In this document: one piece after another, positions 62,501-64,000 of the stretch
Position numbering within the stretch: position 1 is the first letter of the stretch
Layout of the letters: each line of letters starts with the position of its first letter
Assembly (NCBI RefSeq): GCF_964355755.1
Contig: NC_092675.1
Location: 8,799,812-8,863,811, forward strand
From: Antedon mediterranea
Lineage: Eukaryota > Animalia > Echinodermata
Length of the DNA: 64,000 nucleotides
Direction of reading: 5' to 3'
Program-made: the position numbers and the translations under genes
The notes under the pieces: generated by a model
What the model saw: the letters and a program-made list of their open reading frames with translations, nothing else
What the model was told of the DNA's origin: nothing
The model's database searches: none

Positions 62501-64000
62501 AAGTTATAATCTTGAACCGCAAGTAACCGAACGTCTACAACCATACCACGTTGAAAACACCGGTTCTCCTCCGAACACCGCAGTTAAACAACGTCGGGCC
62601 TGGTTAGTACTTGGATGGGAGACCGCCTGGGAATACCTGGTGTCGTAGACCTATGTTTAACTTTTTTAAATTATACTAAATAAAGTTTATTTTACCTTTC
62701 AATTATATTTTTATGACAGTAACTATAAGATCTTTCTAAGTTATAATCTTGAACCGCAAGTAACCGAATGTCTACAACCGTACCAGGTTGCCTAGCCTGT
62801 GAATATCTGTTGTCGTACACCTGTTTTTATCTTTTTAATAATCCTAAAATATAGTCTCGTTTAAGTGTTTCGATTTTCCAAAAATGTGTTTATACTGTTG
62901 ATGATAGTATAAGTAAATAAATTCAAACTGTAACCGCAATTAATCGAAAGTTTTTCAACTAAACTGCATTGAAAACAACTGTTCTCGTCCGATCACTGAA
63001 GTTAAACAAGTTGTTGTTCAAAGACATGTTTGTTGTTGTATGTTGCTGCTGTGGTGACGGTACAAACGTCACTGTACTACGCGGGCGTCCACTTGTGTGC
63101 GCGTTTGATTCTTAGCAACAAAGCGGCCTGAATCTTTTGTACATGCCGCTATTGTGTTATGCTTCTTTGTACAGTGTTATTATTTCCTTTATATTATCTT
63201 TTTAAGAACCTCAGTATAACTTTTTAAATTATACTAAACAAAGTTGAATTTACCTTTCAAGTATGTGTTTCTTCAACAGAAGTGGGTGTAAATACCAACG
63301 TCATGGTTTCAGCAGCTGCTAATTTCAATCCTAGAAAATGTTCTATAATAAATGAACAAAACTATTAGGTTATAGGATATATGTGTTTATAGAGATTTTG
63401 ACAGTGAATATAAGATTTATATATACTTGAACCGCAAGTAACCGAACGTCTACAACCATACCATGTTGAAAACACCGGTTCTCGTCCGAACACCGCAGTT
63501 AAACAACGTCGGGCCTCGTTAGTACTTGGATGGGAGACCGCCTGGGAATACCTGGTGTCGTAGACCTATGTTTAACTTTTTTAAATTATACTAAACAAAG
63601 TTTATTTTACCTTTCAATTATGTTTTTATGACAGTAACTATAAGATCTTTCTAAGTTATAATCTTGAACCGCAAGTAACCGAACGTCTACAACCATACCA
63701 CGTTGAAAACACCGGTTCTCCTCCGAACACCGCAGTTAAACAACGTCGGGCCTGGTTAGTACTTGGATGGGAGACCGCCTGGGAATACCTGGTGTCGTAG
63801 ACCTATGTTTAACTTTTTTAAATTATACTAAACAATGTTTATTTTACCTTTCAATTATGTTTTTTGACAGTAACTATAAGATCTTTCTCAGTTATAATCT
63901 TGAACCGCAAGTAACCGAATGTCTACAACCATACCACGTTGAAAACACCGGTTCTCGTCCGAACACCGCAGTTAAACAACGTCGGGCCTGGTTAGTACTT

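Larger units (their letters stand above)
1..64000. repeat. 5S rDNA-type tandem array: 236-237 bp monomers interspersed with ~680 bp composite modules; runs off both window ends
   Basis: The motif GTCTACAACCATACCACGTTGAAAACACCGGTTCTCGTCCGAAC...GTCGTAGACCT recurs every 236-237 bp throughout, e.g. 1236 and 1473. About 150 gene-like copies (estimate) and about 42 long modules (hand count). Confidence 0.98.
28667..64000 (+). rRNA. 5S rRNA: Block 3 of tandem 5S copies, plus strand; last copy (63921-64000) is cut by the window edge
   Basis: Plus-strand units resume with ACCGAAT|GTCTAC at 28667-28679 and continue to the end. Confidence 0.92.

Noticed and set aside
1-64000. CRISPR-like repeat/spacer alternation
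   Set aside because: The spacers are near-identical rather than unique, the repeat is a 120-nt 5S sequence, and there are no cas genes.

Overview
The whole 64 kb window is a eukaryotic 5S rDNA-type tandem array with no credible protein-coding gene; the ORF track is just the repeat unit read in frame. The basic monomer is 236-237 bp: a 120-nt 5S rRNA-like gene plus an AT-rich spacer of about 117 bp with a TATA-like box at -28 and a T6 Pol III terminator. I estimate about 150 such monomers. They are interspersed with about 42 copies (hand count) of a ~680-bp composite module. That module contains an internally deleted 5S pseudogene, a decayed 5S 5' half, a ~200-bp GC-richer insert that can fold into a multi-stem, possibly pseudoknotted RNA, and a spacer carrying a 109-bp insertion between 9-bp direct repeats. 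The array has nested higher-order duplications (1622, 3393, 4910, 5015 and 12904 bp offsets) and a ~10.3-kb inverted block (about 18401-28664). From memory the 5S is closest to invertebrate, bivalve-mollusc-like 5S, but it has several fixed non-canonical substitutions. The most interesting signals are a minor 5S haplotype with compensatory stem changes, a 23-bp perfect palindrome with a 7-bp target duplication resembling a P-element-type excision footprint, and the structured insert. Taxon and family assignments come from recall, not database searches.
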